From NCBI GenBank assembly GCA_030141605.1, contig JAQGDQ010000173.1, forward strand, positions 124,001 to 188,000: a stretch of DNA of 64,000 nucleotides, written 5' to 3'. Origin of the DNA: Tubiluchus corallicola. Lineage: Eukaryota > Animalia > Priapulida. Under the pieces are notes generated by a model, which was not told the DNA's origin, did no database searches, and was given only the letters and a program-made list of their open reading frames with translations. Below, one piece after another: positions 63,601 to 64,000 of the stretch. Each line of letters opens with the position of its first letter. Positions within the stretch are counted from its first letter, which is position 1. The translations under genes and the position numbers were made by a program.

Positions 63601-64000
63601 AGTAAACCTTCCAGCATCTCAGTAAAAACGGAAACTGATAGTTTTGGAAATTTAGCTGATTATCAAAAGAACGATGCTGCAAAACCCGTGTGTGGCAATG
63701 TGAGTGAACTTCGCAAAGTGCGTGTGCCTAGTAAACCATCTTTGTTGTCACCACCGGCAACCAGTCTACAGTCATCTTCAAAGAATGCATTTTCAACACC
63801 TTCTGCAAATAGACAGCCAAGCAATTTATTTTCTAGTACTACTGCCAGTGATGCTTTTTCTGCCTTTACTGGTAATGCAAATACCTTATCAGCTGCTGTT
63901 TTAACATCTCAGTTGCAGCAAGCGTGGATTTTGCAAAACATGTTTTATCCGCAATTTCACGGGTTTCCAATGCCACTGAATTCCCTCTCGGCTGGATTAG
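53416..64000 (+). CDS. Large low-complexity S/Q-rich protein, probably a nuclear regulator; 5' part only, family unassigned
   Basis: Exon 53416-53568 (ATG MVRCSRKSG..EKKRKKS..IIT|gtaaga, phase 0; upstream acceptor ctctttcag at 53308) joins in frame to ttttag|GAG at 62689. That frame stays stop-free for 437 codons to the window end (EENDDTADED.., polyQ, VKTE, ..QQAWILQNMFYPQF). It is absent from the ORF track because no stop is reached. Intervening exons are not excluded. Confidence 0.78.
54548..54830. repeat. (CT)n polypyrimidine microsatellite
   Basis: Direct reading. Confidence 0.9.
57880..58400 (-). mobile_element. Non-LTR retrotransposon ORF2 C-terminal remnant
   Basis: RLCKCSKDIETAEHIIL..FYTQMR resembles the CCHC zinc knuckle at LINE ORF2 ends. 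Confidence 0.6.
58845..59220. repeat. Minisatellite of about 34 bp, about 11 units
   Basis: Unit gagttattgttttttaatgtgttatgattctttg. Confidence 0.92.
62123..62597 (-). mobile_element. hAT (Charlie-like) MITE, copy 2
   Basis: Reverse complement of 37474-37949; perfect 8-bp TSD gtctaatg. Confidence 0.9.

Overview
AT-rich genomic DNA from an intron-rich invertebrate animal; the exact taxon cannot be called. Three protein-coding genes are supported. (1) A complete 2-oxoglutarate dehydrogenase E1 gene (OGDH-like, minus strand, 43260->12196) has 19 coding exons per isoform and encodes about 1007-1010 aa; its third exon exists as a pair of paralogous, phase-matched mutually exclusive exons. (2) The 5' part of an NRF-6/acyltransferase-3 family membrane protein gene lies on the minus strand (10291->694, 8 exons) and runs off the left edge. 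(3) The 5' part of a large low-complexity S/Q-rich protein gene lies on the plus strand (exons 53416-53568 and 62689->end). The introns are packed with mobile DNA: four copies of a chimeric 5S-rRNA-headed SINE with an RTE-like body, RTE and L2/CR1-type LINE fragments, at least eight MITE families (hAT, piggyBac, Tc1/mariner), a probable Helitron and several minisatellites. The most notable observations are the OGDH exon pair lacking the DADLD Ca2+ motif, the 5S/RTE SINE with a distant relative of its body in the same window, a MITE family with mixed 6/8-bp target-site duplications, repeated local duplication of splice junctions, and fold-back palindromes centred on (TA)n. All calls come from manual reading and translation; no database searches were run.
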